DNA of 64,000 nt, from IMG/VR virus record IMGVR_UViG_2882253857_000001, positions 8,239 through 72,238 of that record. The stretch is one strand, 5' to 3'. Below are positions 29,967-38,519 of this stretch, piece after piece. The notes under the pieces are model-generated. The model made no database searches. It saw only the letters and a list, made by a program, of their open reading frames with translations, and was not told the DNA's origin. Position 1 is the first letter of the stretch; every line of letters begins with the position of its first letter. This DNA comes from a virus. Taxonomy: Duplodnaviria; Caudoviricetes. Both the position numbers and the translations under genes were made by a program.

Positions 29967-30409
29967 CCCAATCCCTCCCAATTCCATAGTCCTTGTTGCC
30001 CTTTAGCCGGAATAGGCTCAGTTATCAGTCGTACCGTGCGCAGTTCCCAAGCGTAGCGCCCTTCCTCATACCAGCCAAAGGCGAATTCGTCTCCCTCAAC
30101 GTGCATTGCTATTTCGCCATTCTGATTTACTGAGCCAGCAAAACTGTCTCTGGCAACTGTTATCTGATGCACTTCTTCCAAATTGCACACGGTCACTATT
30201 GCGCCAGTAGGAAGGTTATCCGCAGTGTATCCCTGCCGTTCCAGCGCTCTGCTGATCTCCGGCTGCATGCAAGCTTCCTTATCGATCTTCTTACCAGCGT
30301 GTATTGCAATCAGCCCTCTATATTTCGTAGGCCAACTCCGTGTCTCAAATCGTTTTTCCCCGAGCGCGATCAACGTTGCCCACGGTTGAATAATAGTAAT
30401 AGCTTTCAT
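29963..30409 (-). CDS. ASCH domain protein
   Basis: MKAITIIQPWATLIALGEKRFETRSW...IAIHAG...KGQQGLW. Confidence 0.9.
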   Translation of the reverse strand: MKAITIIQPWATLIALGEKRFETRSWPTKYRGLIAIHAGKKIDKEACMQPEISRALERQGYTADNLPTGAIVTVCNLEEVHQITVARDSFAGSVNQNGEIAMHVEGDEFAFGWYEEGRYAWELRTVRLITEPIPAKGQQGLWNWEGLG

Positions 30410-30420
30410 AGTTTATCCTC

Positions 30421-30738
30421 CTAACTAAGCCCTGCGAGGGCATATACAAGATTTACTTGCTGCCAACCAACAAGCTCTTTCAACTCTTCTTCTGTCTTCT
30501 TGTTAGCCAACTCTTTGACCTTGGCCATGAATTCATCTTTATTAACATCAAGTCTATAGAACAAAGCTTTCAAGGATATCTCACACATTTCCTTATCCTT
30601 GATATATTTTCTGCAATATTCATCAAACATTACTTCATCGATCATTTGCTCAATATCTTTTGAAGAAAATCCATACATTTTAGCAGTAAAATAAACCATC
30701 GGATACTTGTTATGAAACTCCATATCAGTTCCGTGCAT
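30421..30738 (-). CDS. Hypothetical protein
   Basis: RBS AGGAG, operon context. Confidence 0.7.
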   Translation of the reverse strand: MHGTDMEFHNKYPMVYFTAKMYGFSSKDIEQMIDEVMFDEYCRKYIKDKEMCEISLKALFYRLDVNKDEFMAKVKELANKKTEEELKELVGWQQVNLVYALAGLS

Positions 30739-30749
30739 AAGATCACTCC

Positions 30750-31331
30750 TTAATCTTCGAATCTCTCTCCATATGCATAAGATGGTTTTATAGAATGAGT
30801 TGCTACCAAGTCAGAAATCATTGAAGCAAATACGGCCATTTCCTTATCATCAAAACCTTCAAGAAGACGCAATTCTTTGGCCTTTAGAGATCGACCAGCA
30901 GCTGTGGAAATCAATTCTGCTACCGGCTTGATTTGATTCATCCGCTCTCTCTTCTCTTCTTCAGCGGCCTTGATAGCTTCCTGCTTGCGGTTGTACTCTT
31001 CCCAATCTTGTTCATCAAACCAGAAATACTCACCATACTTGTCGCGGTAGACCGAAATCCAATGCGGCATAACATGATGTGTTGTTGTTGCTTCAGCAGC
31101 CTTACAATGCTGGCATACTCCGCTTGATTCAGTTATCAGTTCCGTGATAACTTCCTTTGGAAACTCACCGCGCTCCCTTGTGCTTGGTCTTGATGTGTGG
31201 TGAGAGAGAATGTCCTTCTTCCATTCTGGAACATCCCTCTTGGCTTTTGGTTTTCGTTGCTGAAGACTGTTATATACCTTCTTCTCTTTCGCCTGTTTCT
31301 CAGGCTTCCAAAATGTCTGATGCATTCTCAC
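30750..31331 (-). CDS. HNH-like protein, second half of nuclease motif missing
   Basis: CQHC...THH present; no following N...CxxCH. Confidence 0.6.
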   Translation of the reverse strand: MRMHQTFWKPEKQAKEKKVYNSLQQRKPKAKRDVPEWKKDILSHHTSRPSTRERGEFPKEVITELITESSGVCQHCKAAEATTTHHVMPHWISVYRDKYGEYFWFDEQDWEEYNRKQEAIKAAEEEKRERMNQIKPVAELISTAAGRSLKAKELRLLEGFDDKEMAVFASMISDLVATHSIKPSYAYGERFED

Positions 31332-31409
31332 TCACCACCCTTCACGTTTACTTTGTTTATACTTATATTTTGAGCCTATTCCACTACGCGCCCACTACGG
31401 ATTTTAGCT

Positions 31410-31586
31410 TTATGCCCCTAAACTTTCGATATAACCAGCTTGTTCCAATACTTTGTAATGATGCTCCCTTTCTGCCGCTGAGAAGCTTAATGGAAGAACG
31501 GTATGAGCCGCGTAAAAAGCGATTGCTTCTCGAAGCTCTTTTGGTTGATCATCAAGCTCTAGTAGATTGATAGACTTAGTAGACAT
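31410..31586 (-). CDS. Hypothetical protein (58 aa), not in ORF track
   Basis: RBS GGAGGGG; MSTKSINLLELDDQPKELREAIAFY... Confidence 0.7.
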   Translation of the reverse strand: MSTKSINLLELDDQPKELREAIAFYAAHTVLPLSFSAAEREHHYKVLEQAGYIESLGA

Positions 31587-31601
31587 TTGTTCCCCCTCCG
31601 A

Positions 31602-31928
31602 TCAGTAATGTGATCTTTCATACGCCTGTTTTGCTTCTTCGATCGTTTTGAAATCGAACTCTCGATATACAGAATGAACAATGCTTGCTATCTGTTTGTC
31701 TGTGTAACTAATATTTTTTGCTCCAAGAATGACATATCCTAGACAAGCATTGTTACTCCATTCCACGCTAGAAAAAAGCTGAGCATCCTTATATCCGGCC
31801 TGATAAGCCTTGTTGAACTTTTGTTCAACTCTATCGAGGATCTTTATCTGCTCCGTATTCATCCCATCAGGGAATAATTCATCTTCCAATTCCATCCTTA
31901 ATACCACTGCTAAGTTATAATCTTGCAT
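31602..31928 (-). CDS. Hypothetical protein
   Basis: RBS AAGGGAG; WSNNACLGY motif. Confidence 0.7.
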   Translation of the reverse strand: MQDYNLAVVLRMELEDELFPDGMNTEQIKILDRVEQKFNKAYQAGYKDAQLFSSVEWSNNACLGYVILGAKNISYTDKQIASIVHSVYREFDFKTIEEAKQAYERSHY

Positions 31929-31985
31929 ACAGTTTCTCCCTTCACGTCAGGAAAACTTTCCTGACCTTGTTTTTGGATCGGATAT

Positions 31986-32049
31986 CCGCGACCATCGCGC
32001 CGAAAGGCGCTAGGTTTCGGCTGGTATCCCTCCAGCCATCATCAGGCGG
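31986..32049 (-). ncRNA. Type I hammerhead ribozyme-like RNA
   Basis: CCGC-CUGAUGA-U-GGCUGG/CCAGCC-GAAA-CC..GCGCC/GGCGC..GG-UC-GCGG. Confidence 0.7.
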
Positions 32050-32050
32050 T

Positions 32051-32134
32051 TTATTTACGTCTAATCGTCCGGATCAGCACGACAATCGATAAGACCAATG
32101 CTGCAAAGGCGATAATAGTCGTTACTGTTTCCAC
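32051..32134 (-). CDS. Single-TM small peptide (27 aa), not in ORF track
   Basis: RBS GAGGAGGT; METVTTIIAFAALVLSIVVLIRTIRRK. Confidence 0.7.
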   Translation of the reverse strand: METVTTIIAFAALVLSIVVLIRTIRRK

Positions 32135-32148
32135 GTTTATACCTCCTC

Positions 32149-32526
32149 TTATTTAATGAACCAGCATCCTAAAACCTCTACTACTTCGGTATATTCCCTC
32201 CCGGCGATCTCCTCCGGATGGGCGCAGTGTTTACCTGCTATAAATGTACGCCCATCATCACGGCGGTAAATTGCGCGATTCAGGTTCTTTTTCCACGGAT
32301 TCATACCGGGCTGTTTTATGTTCGTTTTGCCGATCCGTTCCATCTCAAGTTCTTGCATTTTTGAATTAACTACATCGTGAAACATGAGATGCCAATTACT
32401 ATATTTAAATCCTTTATAATCTTTCTCGGCACTTACTTTTTCGACTGAATAACCCAACGCCTTCATGGCGCTCTCTAGCAATATCACATTAGCCCTCGTC
32501 GCTCTATACTTTTTAAACATCTTCAT
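32149..32526 (-). CDS. Hypothetical protein
   Basis: RBS GGGAGGT. Confidence 0.7.
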   Translation of the reverse strand: MKMFKKYRATRANVILLESAMKALGYSVEKVSAEKDYKGFKYSNWHLMFHDVVNSKMQELEMERIGKTNIKQPGMNPWKKNLNRAIYRRDDGRTFIAGKHCAHPEEIAGREYTEVVEVLGCWFIK

Positions 32527-32641
32527 ACCTCCCATTTATATTTCGAATCATTTATGTTAAGATTGGGAGGAGAGGGGCGCTAACCCTCTCCAATGGAACC
32601 TATTTACGTTTGCCGCGCGGGCTGCGTTTTTTGGTTCCTTT

Positions 32642-32869
32642 TCATTTTGCCACGCCGACTAAACTATTTACTCCTAATCTTCGTCCCCGCACTATCCCAT
32701 CGTTGCAGCTTTTAAGCATTGCCGTAATGGTTTTTCCTGTTTTGCTTACGATCACATCCACGACCTCAGATTTGTAGCCGAAGTTCCAAACGCATACATC
32801 CCCTACTTTTAGTTCTCCGGCTGATATAGCACTTACAGAACCGACTCCTTGCAAATTAATTGTCCCCAT
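32642..32869 (-). CDS. Hypothetical small beta-barrel-like protein
   Basis: RBS GGGAGGT; first gene after a consensus promoter. Confidence 0.75.
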   Translation of the reverse strand: MGTINLQGVGSVSAISAGELKVGDVCVWNFGYKSEVVDVIVSKTGKTITAMLKSCNDGIVRGRRLGVNSLVGVAK

Positions 32870-32916
32870 CTTTATTACCTCCCGTTAATTACACAATTTC
32901 GTTATTTCGTACTTTT

Positions 32917-32945
32917 ATTATAATTCCGTTATATCGTAATGTCAA
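32917..32945 (-). promoter_or_regulatory. Consensus sigma-A promoter with an operator in the spacer
   Basis: TTGACA-17 nt-TATAAT; related CG-N6-CG boxes at about 32896, 32923 and 32952. Confidence 0.85.
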
Positions 32946-33012
32946 TACTAAAATACGAAATTGCGTAATTATATTTCTTGTGATAATATTTAAGCAACGG
33001 AGGTGCGTGAAC

Positions 33013-33234
33013 ATGGTATCTATTGTGATTAAAGTCCAAGAAATATTAGATGAAAGAGATATGTCACAAAAGCAGCTAGCCGAAATGACGGGATTGCGTC
33101 GGGCTGCTGTAAGCGAAATATGTAATAATTTGCGAACTTCGATCAATCGAGATCATCTAGAAAAGATTGCCGAAGCGTTGAAGCTTAACGATATTAGCCA
33201 GTTAATAGAGTTAAGGGTGGAGCAAGAGGAATAG
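33013..33234 (+). CDS. XRE-family HTH regulator
   Basis: MSQKQLAEMTGLRRAAVSEIC...LEKIAEAL; RBS GGAGGTG. Confidence 0.88.
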   Translation: MVSIVIKVQEILDERDMSQKQLAEMTGLRRAAVSEICNNLRTSINRDHLEKIAEALKLNDISQLIELRVEQEE

Positions 33235-33240
33235 AATCCT

Positions 33241-33450
33241 CTATGCTCCGTTTTTATTTTTCTTGTCCTGACGACTTTTGAATTCGGGCGGCCTGATCGG
33301 TCGAGAATTAGTTTCCCAATATTCGTCTGGCGGCATGGCTCGATACTTTGCTAATTCTACATCCGAGAGGTAGTATTGTTCATATGTCCCGTAAGGTCCA
33401 GTAATCATTTTTCGTTCCCCAGGTTTTCTTTTAATCCCCATAACATTCAC
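33241..33450 (-). CDS. Hypothetical protein
   Basis: Coupled to helicase; LSDVELAKYR motif. Confidence 0.65.
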   Translation of the reverse strand: MNVMGIKRKPGERKMITGPYGTYEQYYLSDVELAKYRAMPPDEYWETNSRPIRPPEFKSRQDKKNKNGA

Positions 33451-35201
33451 CCGCGTTTCTTCAATTTCTCGATTACTTTATCAAGGTGCTTGCCGATCTC
33501 CACCTGAGCTATAGCTTTGTCTTCTTCTGATTCCGTTTTTTCGCCCATGATCCCAGCAAACTGAGCCGTTTTAAACCCTAGAGCCTCCATCATTTGCTCA
33601 TCACTACCTTGACCGCATACAAGGTAGTAGCTCAATACTGAATCCTTTTGACCCATACGATGCGTACGATCCTCGCATTGGCTATGAATGCCCGGCGACC
33701 AATCCAATTCCCCGAATACGTTGATATTTGCCCTATTTTGCAAGCCATCAATACCAGCAGCAGCCCGAAGCGATATGACAATTAAGTTAGTCCTTCCTTT
33801 GATAAACTGCTCTTTGGCGTATTCCTTTTGTGTATGTGTTTCTGCTCCAGTTACTCGAACTGGATTAAATGCCTTTAACTCTTCCACCCAAATTTCATAT
33901 ACAGAATGATGGTATCCGTATAAGACAACAGCTTCTCCAGCTTCAAGCAGCATCCGAACAAATGCTGCCACATAAGGAGCTTTAGCTACGCCAGTAGCTT
34001 GCCTTACCTCCTGGGCTATTTCCCGTTTGGCCCTACCTTTTTCAAAGTTATCCGCTATCGTGTCATAACGTTCTATCAATTCGAATACGGATTTCATTTC
34101 CCTTATGAATGTCTTCTCATCAGCATCGATCTCCTGGACGATTCGGCGTTTTGGCGGAAGCTCTGTAAGAACTTGCTCTTTTGTGCGCCGGAGCATAAGC
34201 CCTTCGCGCCGTAGATGTTCCCCAAGAAGCTCAGGATCGGTCACAGTCGTTTCTCCGTATCCATAGCACCATTCCCGTGTAAAACTGCCCCAATCACCAA
34301 GACATTGATTCTCTATGATGTTCATGACGTTCCAGATTTCTCCGCCCTGGTTGTAAACTGGTGTGCCTGACAAACCGATTGAATTACCAACGCTTTCTGA
34401 CAAGAGAGAAGATGCACTATATTTCTCAGTACCGGCTCTCCGTAATTCTTGAATTTCATCAAAGACCGCAAATTCAAAATTGTAGCTAGGTAATACACTT
34501 TTCCAACCTCGAAGCAATCCATAATGGATAATGTAGAAGTTTGCTGGTGGAAGTTCGTATGGTGTCAAGCCTTTGATGATATGAACTGACTTATCTGGAT
34601 TGGGAAATAAGGCTATTTCTCCTGTCGCAAGCTGCGGAACGATAAACTTAAGGATCTGGCTTTTCCATTGAGTTTGCACACTTGTTGGAGCTACTATGAT
34701 ACCTGGATAACGATTCTGGTGAGCTATCCAAGCCAGTGCTTCTACTGTCTTTCCAAGCCCCATATCGTCAGCCAGAAGAGTTGGAGCGTTGTTATTGAGA
34801 AATGCTACCCCTTCCTTTTGAAACTCTGCCAGAACTCCGTTAAAGTACATTCGAGACGGTTCGATTTTTTGGGGCCCGCGCCTGATCTCGTTACGCTTGA
34901 GAACATAATTAACTGCCTCATTAAATTGCCGATCCCATTTATCCTGATCGATGATCCTGAGTGGATAACGCATCATGAGCCAGTTCAGATCACCATTTGT
35001 ACGCTTGTTGCTCTTAAACTTAGCAATTCCCTTGTATCTTCCTTCCGCTCCTGGAAATAGCCGTTTAGCTGCCTGACAAACTACTGGTTCGCCTTCGATT
35101 ATCCAACTATCAGTTCTATCTTCATATCTCAAAGTTCCGTAGTAATAATCAGCCGCTCCAGGAGACTTAAGATAGGCAGGAATCTCTTCTAATGCTTCCA
35201 A
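33447..35201 (-). CDS. SNF2-family (SF2) helicase
   Basis: LLADDMGLGKT, DEIQ, LSGTP, QCEDRTHRMGQ. Confidence 0.92.
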   Translation of the reverse strand: MEALEEIPAYLKSPGAADYYYGTLRYEDRTDSWIIEGEPVVCQAAKRLFPGAEGRYKGIAKFKSNKRTNGDLNWLMMRYPLRIIDQDKWDRQFNEAVNYVLKRNEIRRGPQKIEPSRMYFNGVLAEFQKEGVAFLNNNAPTLLADDMGLGKTVEALAWIAHQNRYPGIIVAPTSVQTQWKSQILKFIVPQLATGEIALFPNPDKSVHIIKGLTPYELPPANFYIIHYGLLRGWKSVLPSYNFEFAVFDEIQELRRAGTEKYSASSLLSESVGNSIGLSGTPVYNQGGEIWNVMNIIENQCLGDWGSFTREWCYGYGETTVTDPELLGEHLRREGLMLRRTKEQVLTELPPKRRIVQEIDADEKTFIREMKSVFELIERYDTIADNFEKGRAKREIAQEVRQATGVAKAPYVAAFVRMLLEAGEAVVLYGYHHSVYEIWVEELKAFNPVRVTGAETHTQKEYAKEQFIKGRTNLIVISLRAAAGIDGLQNRANINVFGELDWSPGIHSQCEDRTHRMGQKDSVLSYYLVCGQGSDEQMMEALGFKTAQFAGIMGEKTESEEDKAIAQVEIGKHLDKVIEKLKKRG

Positions 35202-35212
35202 TTACAATCACC

Positions 35213-35575
35213 TCATTTACTCGATATTCCCCAAAGCTTTCGAAGTCCGATTGATACAACAGGTTTACCGTTAATGGTTTCAGGCAGGTCCATATACCGT
35301 TCGATTACGAGAATCAATCCTTTTACATCATCGAATCCAGCGTAGCGTTCAAGCTGTTTATAAACGCTAACCTCGTTTGGTTTACCCTTTTTGGCTTCAA
35401 TGCCGATCCCATCACCAGTAAGAAAGTCAATTCGATTTCGTGGGGCCAGAGGGACTTCATGTTGAAATGAAATCCCTGCGGCAGTAAGCTGCTGTGCTAT
35501 CATGTTGTGAAGCTTATATTCATCAGTAATGACATGACACCTAATTTTCTTGATAGATGAAATTACTTGTTCCAT
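35213..35575 (-). CDS. PD-(D/E)XK nuclease-like protein
   Basis: E...RIDF...GIEAK...QLERY. Confidence 0.65.
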   Translation of the reverse strand: MEQVISSIKKIRCHVITDEYKLHNMIAQQLTAAGISFQHEVPLAPRNRIDFLTGDGIGIEAKKGKPNEVSVYKQLERYAGFDDVKGLILVIERYMDLPETINGKPVVSIGLRKLWGISSK

Positions 35576-35578
35576 AAC

Positions 35579-35884
35579 CTATCCTTCATGATCATTGAGA
35601 ACTAAAGTATCATTCTCGATCTGAGCGGTAACTTGGTTGGGATCTTCGGAAAATCCCCAATGACCATGATCTTTCATGATTGCGATTACTTCTGGAGCAT
35701 ATGGTTCATCGGTATTAACAACCAGATAGGTATTCGCCGCATCCTTACCTTCTTCGTAGCGGCCTTGCTCAATCTTCCAGAGGATACGAGACAGTTCGCT
35801 TCTGTCACGATCATCAAGATATTTATCTACGTCCTCGTTTTTGATTACCGTGAATTTCATTTCCATTCCAAGAATTTCGGTCAT
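35579..35884 (-). CDS. Hypothetical protein
   Basis: N.Y+V+N.DEPYA motif of phage proteins. Confidence 0.7.
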   Translation of the reverse strand: MTEILGMEMKFTVIKNEDVDKYLDDRDRSELSRILWKIEQGRYEEGKDAANTYLVVNTDEPYAPEVIAIMKDHGHWGFSEDPNQVTAQIENDTLVLNDHEG

Positions 35885-36353
35885 TCTTCATCTTCCCTTC
35901 TGCTTGGTTTAATAGCTTGTTTCTGGCCCGTTTCCGAGCCGCTTTCTCTTTTTTGACTTGCTCCAACGGCACAAATTCGCCGCGCTTTTTTATTAGTATT
36001 TCGATGTGGAAAGTCGGATACAAGGCCTGAAAGAGCTTGAGTTTTACCATAAAGGTAGATGTTTCTACTCCTTTGATATCTATTACTCGTTTTGATCCGT
36101 CAAGATCGGTGATAAGGAAATCTGCGATATATGTGATTTTTGGCTGCTCCTGAAGAACGAACTTCGGCTGGCATGAGAAGTCTTTTATCTCTCCGTATTT
36201 CTTCTTCAGAAGCAGTTCTTGATAATACTCGCCTTCCATCTTGCTATCAAAGAGTATGCCTTGTACGTCAAGTTCATATTTTTCTACTAACCACGCTTCG
36301 AATAATGTTCCATCAGGGGTGACAATGACCTTAGTAGCGTTGTATTTACTCAC
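35823..36353 (-). CDS. DUF1064-type endonuclease (resolvase-like)
   Basis: SKYNA...FDSKME...QPKF...YIADF...VIDIKG. Confidence 0.85.
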   Translation of the reverse strand: MSKYNATKVIVTPDGTLFEAWLVEKYELDVQGILFDSKMEGEYYQELLLKKKYGEIKDFSCQPKFVLQEQPKITYIADFLITDLDGSKRVIDIKGVETSTFMVKLKLFQALYPTFHIEILIKKRGEFVPLEQVKKEKAARKRARNKLLNQAEGKMKNDRNSWNGNEIHGNQKRGRR

Positions 36354-36357
36354 GATG

Positions 36358-37458
36358 CTATTTACCCTCCGATATGCGATAAGGTAGGATCAGGTGGGTA
36401 TCAGTTTCGTTTCCAACGCCCTTGAATACAATTGGACTCATCCTACCTGTATAGTTAATGGCTACTTCTTCCGTTTCTATGGTCTTAAGAGCGCTTAAAG
36501 CGAAGTTAGCGTTGAATGCAACCATAAATTCCTTTCCGCTTAATTCTTGTACCCCAACAAATTCGTTGGCTTTCCCTTCATCCGATTCAGATCTCAATTC
36601 GATTTCATCGCCCACGGACATTTTTACCAAGCCTTTTTTCTCTCTGGCGAAAATATTTACTCCCTGAAGCGCTTCGATAAAATCCTGAGTTTTTACTGTG
36701 GCTACAGATTCGAAGTTTGTCGGAGTGATCCTGTCAACGTCTGGATAAGCACCTTCTAGCACCCTTGACAAAAAGACAAACGATTCAGATTTAACGATAA
36801 ATTTACCTCTAAACAAAGAGATGCTTATGACTTCTTTATCCGGTAATATTTTAATGAGTTCATTTAATGCAGCAGCTCCAACTACGGTTTCAAAATCGAA
36901 TCCTTCTTCGGATTTTCCTGAAGTCTTTGACAGCCTGTGCCTGTCCGTTCCTGTGACTTCGATTTCGTTATCAATCGACCGGAGTCTTAAACCAGTGAGA
37001 ATAGGAGCGTCCTCTTCCGTGTACGTAGCAAATGAAGTCTTGCTGACCAGTTCTTTTAAGGTTTGACCAGTAATTCGAACCGTCTTTCCCAATTCCTCTT
37101 CAAATTCTGGATATTCTGCCGGGTCCATGCCAACCATTTCAAACTTCGATCTGCCGCTCTTAATCTCAGTTGTCTGTCCCTCTGCGGATAGATCAACTAC
37201 ATCCTTAGCCTTTTTAACAACTTCCAGAAATCTCTTTCCTGGGATAGCCACTGATCCGGGGCTAATCAATTGGAAATCATCCGCTGGAATCTTAGTTCGA
37301 AGGAATACAGTGCCATCACCGCCAGTCAGGGATAGACCTTCTTCGTTTGCAATGACTAATATTTCGGAGAGTATTGGAATAATTGTTTTGCTGCTCAATA
37401 CCTTAGATACTCGATCCAAAGCTTTAAATAGAGTAGATTTATCGATCGATATTTTCAT
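36358..37458 (-). CDS. dnaN: Phage-encoded DNA polymerase III beta clamp
   Basis: IPILS, EYP, TDRHRL, EGAYPD, AFNA, LILP; about 366 aa. Confidence 0.9.
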   Translation of the reverse strand: MKISIDKSTLFKALDRVSKVLSSKTIIPILSEILVIANEEGLSLTGGDGTVFLRTKIPADDFQLISPGSVAIPGKRFLEVVKKAKDVVDLSAEGQTTEIKSGRSKFEMVGMDPAEYPEFEEELGKTVRITGQTLKELVSKTSFATYTEEDAPILTGLRLRSIDNEIEVTGTDRHRLSKTSGKSEEGFDFETVVGAAALNELIKILPDKEVISISLFRGKFIVKSESFVFLSRVLEGAYPDVDRITPTNFESVATVKTQDFIEALQGVNIFAREKKGLVKMSVGDEIELRSESDEGKANEFVGVQELSGKEFMVAFNANFALSALKTIETEEVAINYTGRMSPIVFKGVGNETDTHLILPYRISEGK

Positions 37459-37561
37459 TTTCAATTACCTTCCCTTCTGGATCTAATCCAAAGGACTCTA
37501 ATCCCTTTCTGATAAAAAGGTCAAAATCTTGATCAAAAAGTTCGTAATCATCATGTTTCAA
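37439..37561 (-). CDS. Small acidic protein (40 aa)
   Basis: TTG after AAGGAGG; fills the gap between dnaI and dnaN. Confidence 0.5.
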   Translation of the reverse strand: MKHDDYELFDQDFDLFIRKGLESFGLDPEGKVIENENIDR

Positions 37562-37565
37562 AGGG

Positions 37566-38513
37566 TTAATCCCTCCTTCTGTTTCGTCCGCCAACTGGAA
37601 GCACCTTAACAAATGGCTCAATTCGTTCGATGATACGTTCAGCCTTCTTCTCGTGTTGCTTTCGATCCGCATCCTTTGCATCCTTAACATTTGCAAGGTG
37701 ATATCTAAGCTCATTGATAGTTAAGTTTGAGGTATAAATAGTTGGAAGTTCTTCCATCCGTCGTTGCAATATCGCCCCTAACACCTCGTCTCTTGTCCAT
37801 GACGTTAGTGGTTCAGCCCCGATATCATCCAGAATGAGAACGGAAGCTTCTTTCAATGCTTCTAACTTAGATAGAACTCCGTTTGATCCAATAGAATCCT
37901 TAACTTCGGCGAGAAAATCAGGCACATAAACCATCAGAACATCTGTTCCACGCTTCGCAAGTTCCTGAGCGATTGCCCCAGCTACTCTGCTCTTTCCAAC
38001 TCCCATATTTCCGTAAAAGTAAAGCCCCTTGACGGTCTCCCCAGGAGCAAATTCCGCGCAGAAGCGCATTGCTTCTACAATAGCTGCTCTTCTTGGTGGA
38101 TCTGGTTCGATATCCTCAAACGTGGCATTGACAATACTTTTGGGAATGTGATGGCTCTTGATTAATCTTTCAATCTTTTGCTGCTTCTCATAGCCAATTA
38201 AAACGGGGCATTTCGCCAGTCTGAAATTCAGACATGATTTATCAGGATCAACATCAACAACGCTCATATGCCCCTTCTGATCGTTCTGACATCCACTTAA
38301 ACCGGGGCATGACTTACAATGATCAAAGTATGTGAGGTGCTGTGATAAATCCCTATACATGATCGGCTTAAGCAGGTCGTTAGATTGGTCAGGATAATCC
38401 CTCAAAATCCTTCTAACCTCATCATGGTTAGTCATCTGCTTAATTATCTTTGCTTGTCGATCCGCAAAGTTTGAAGGGACTAGCTTTTTAAGCTCTTCTC
38501 CCAATGTCTGCAC
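37566..38513 (-). CDS. dnaI: DnaI-like helicase loader
   Basis: GNMGVGKS, LILDDIGAE, WTRDEVLGAILQ.R, TIYTSN. Confidence 0.9.
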   Translation of the reverse strand: MQTLGEELKKLVPSNFADRQAKIIKQMTNHDEVRRILRDYPDQSNDLLKPIMYRDLSQHLTYFDHCKSCPGLSGCQNDQKGHMSVVDVDPDKSCLNFRLAKCPVLIGYEKQQKIERLIKSHHIPKSIVNATFEDIEPDPPRRAAIVEAMRFCAEFAPGETVKGLYFYGNMGVGKSRVAGAIAQELAKRGTDVLMVYVPDFLAEVKDSIGSNGVLSKLEALKEASVLILDDIGAEPLTSWTRDEVLGAILQRRMEELPTIYTSNLTINELRYHLANVKDAKDADRKQHEKKAERIIERIEPFVKVLPVGGRNRRRD

Positions 38514-38519
38514 AGATCA

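Noticed and set aside
36910-36921. GGATTTTCCTGA inside dnaN as another parS-like site
   Set aside because: Only a half-site; could arise by chance
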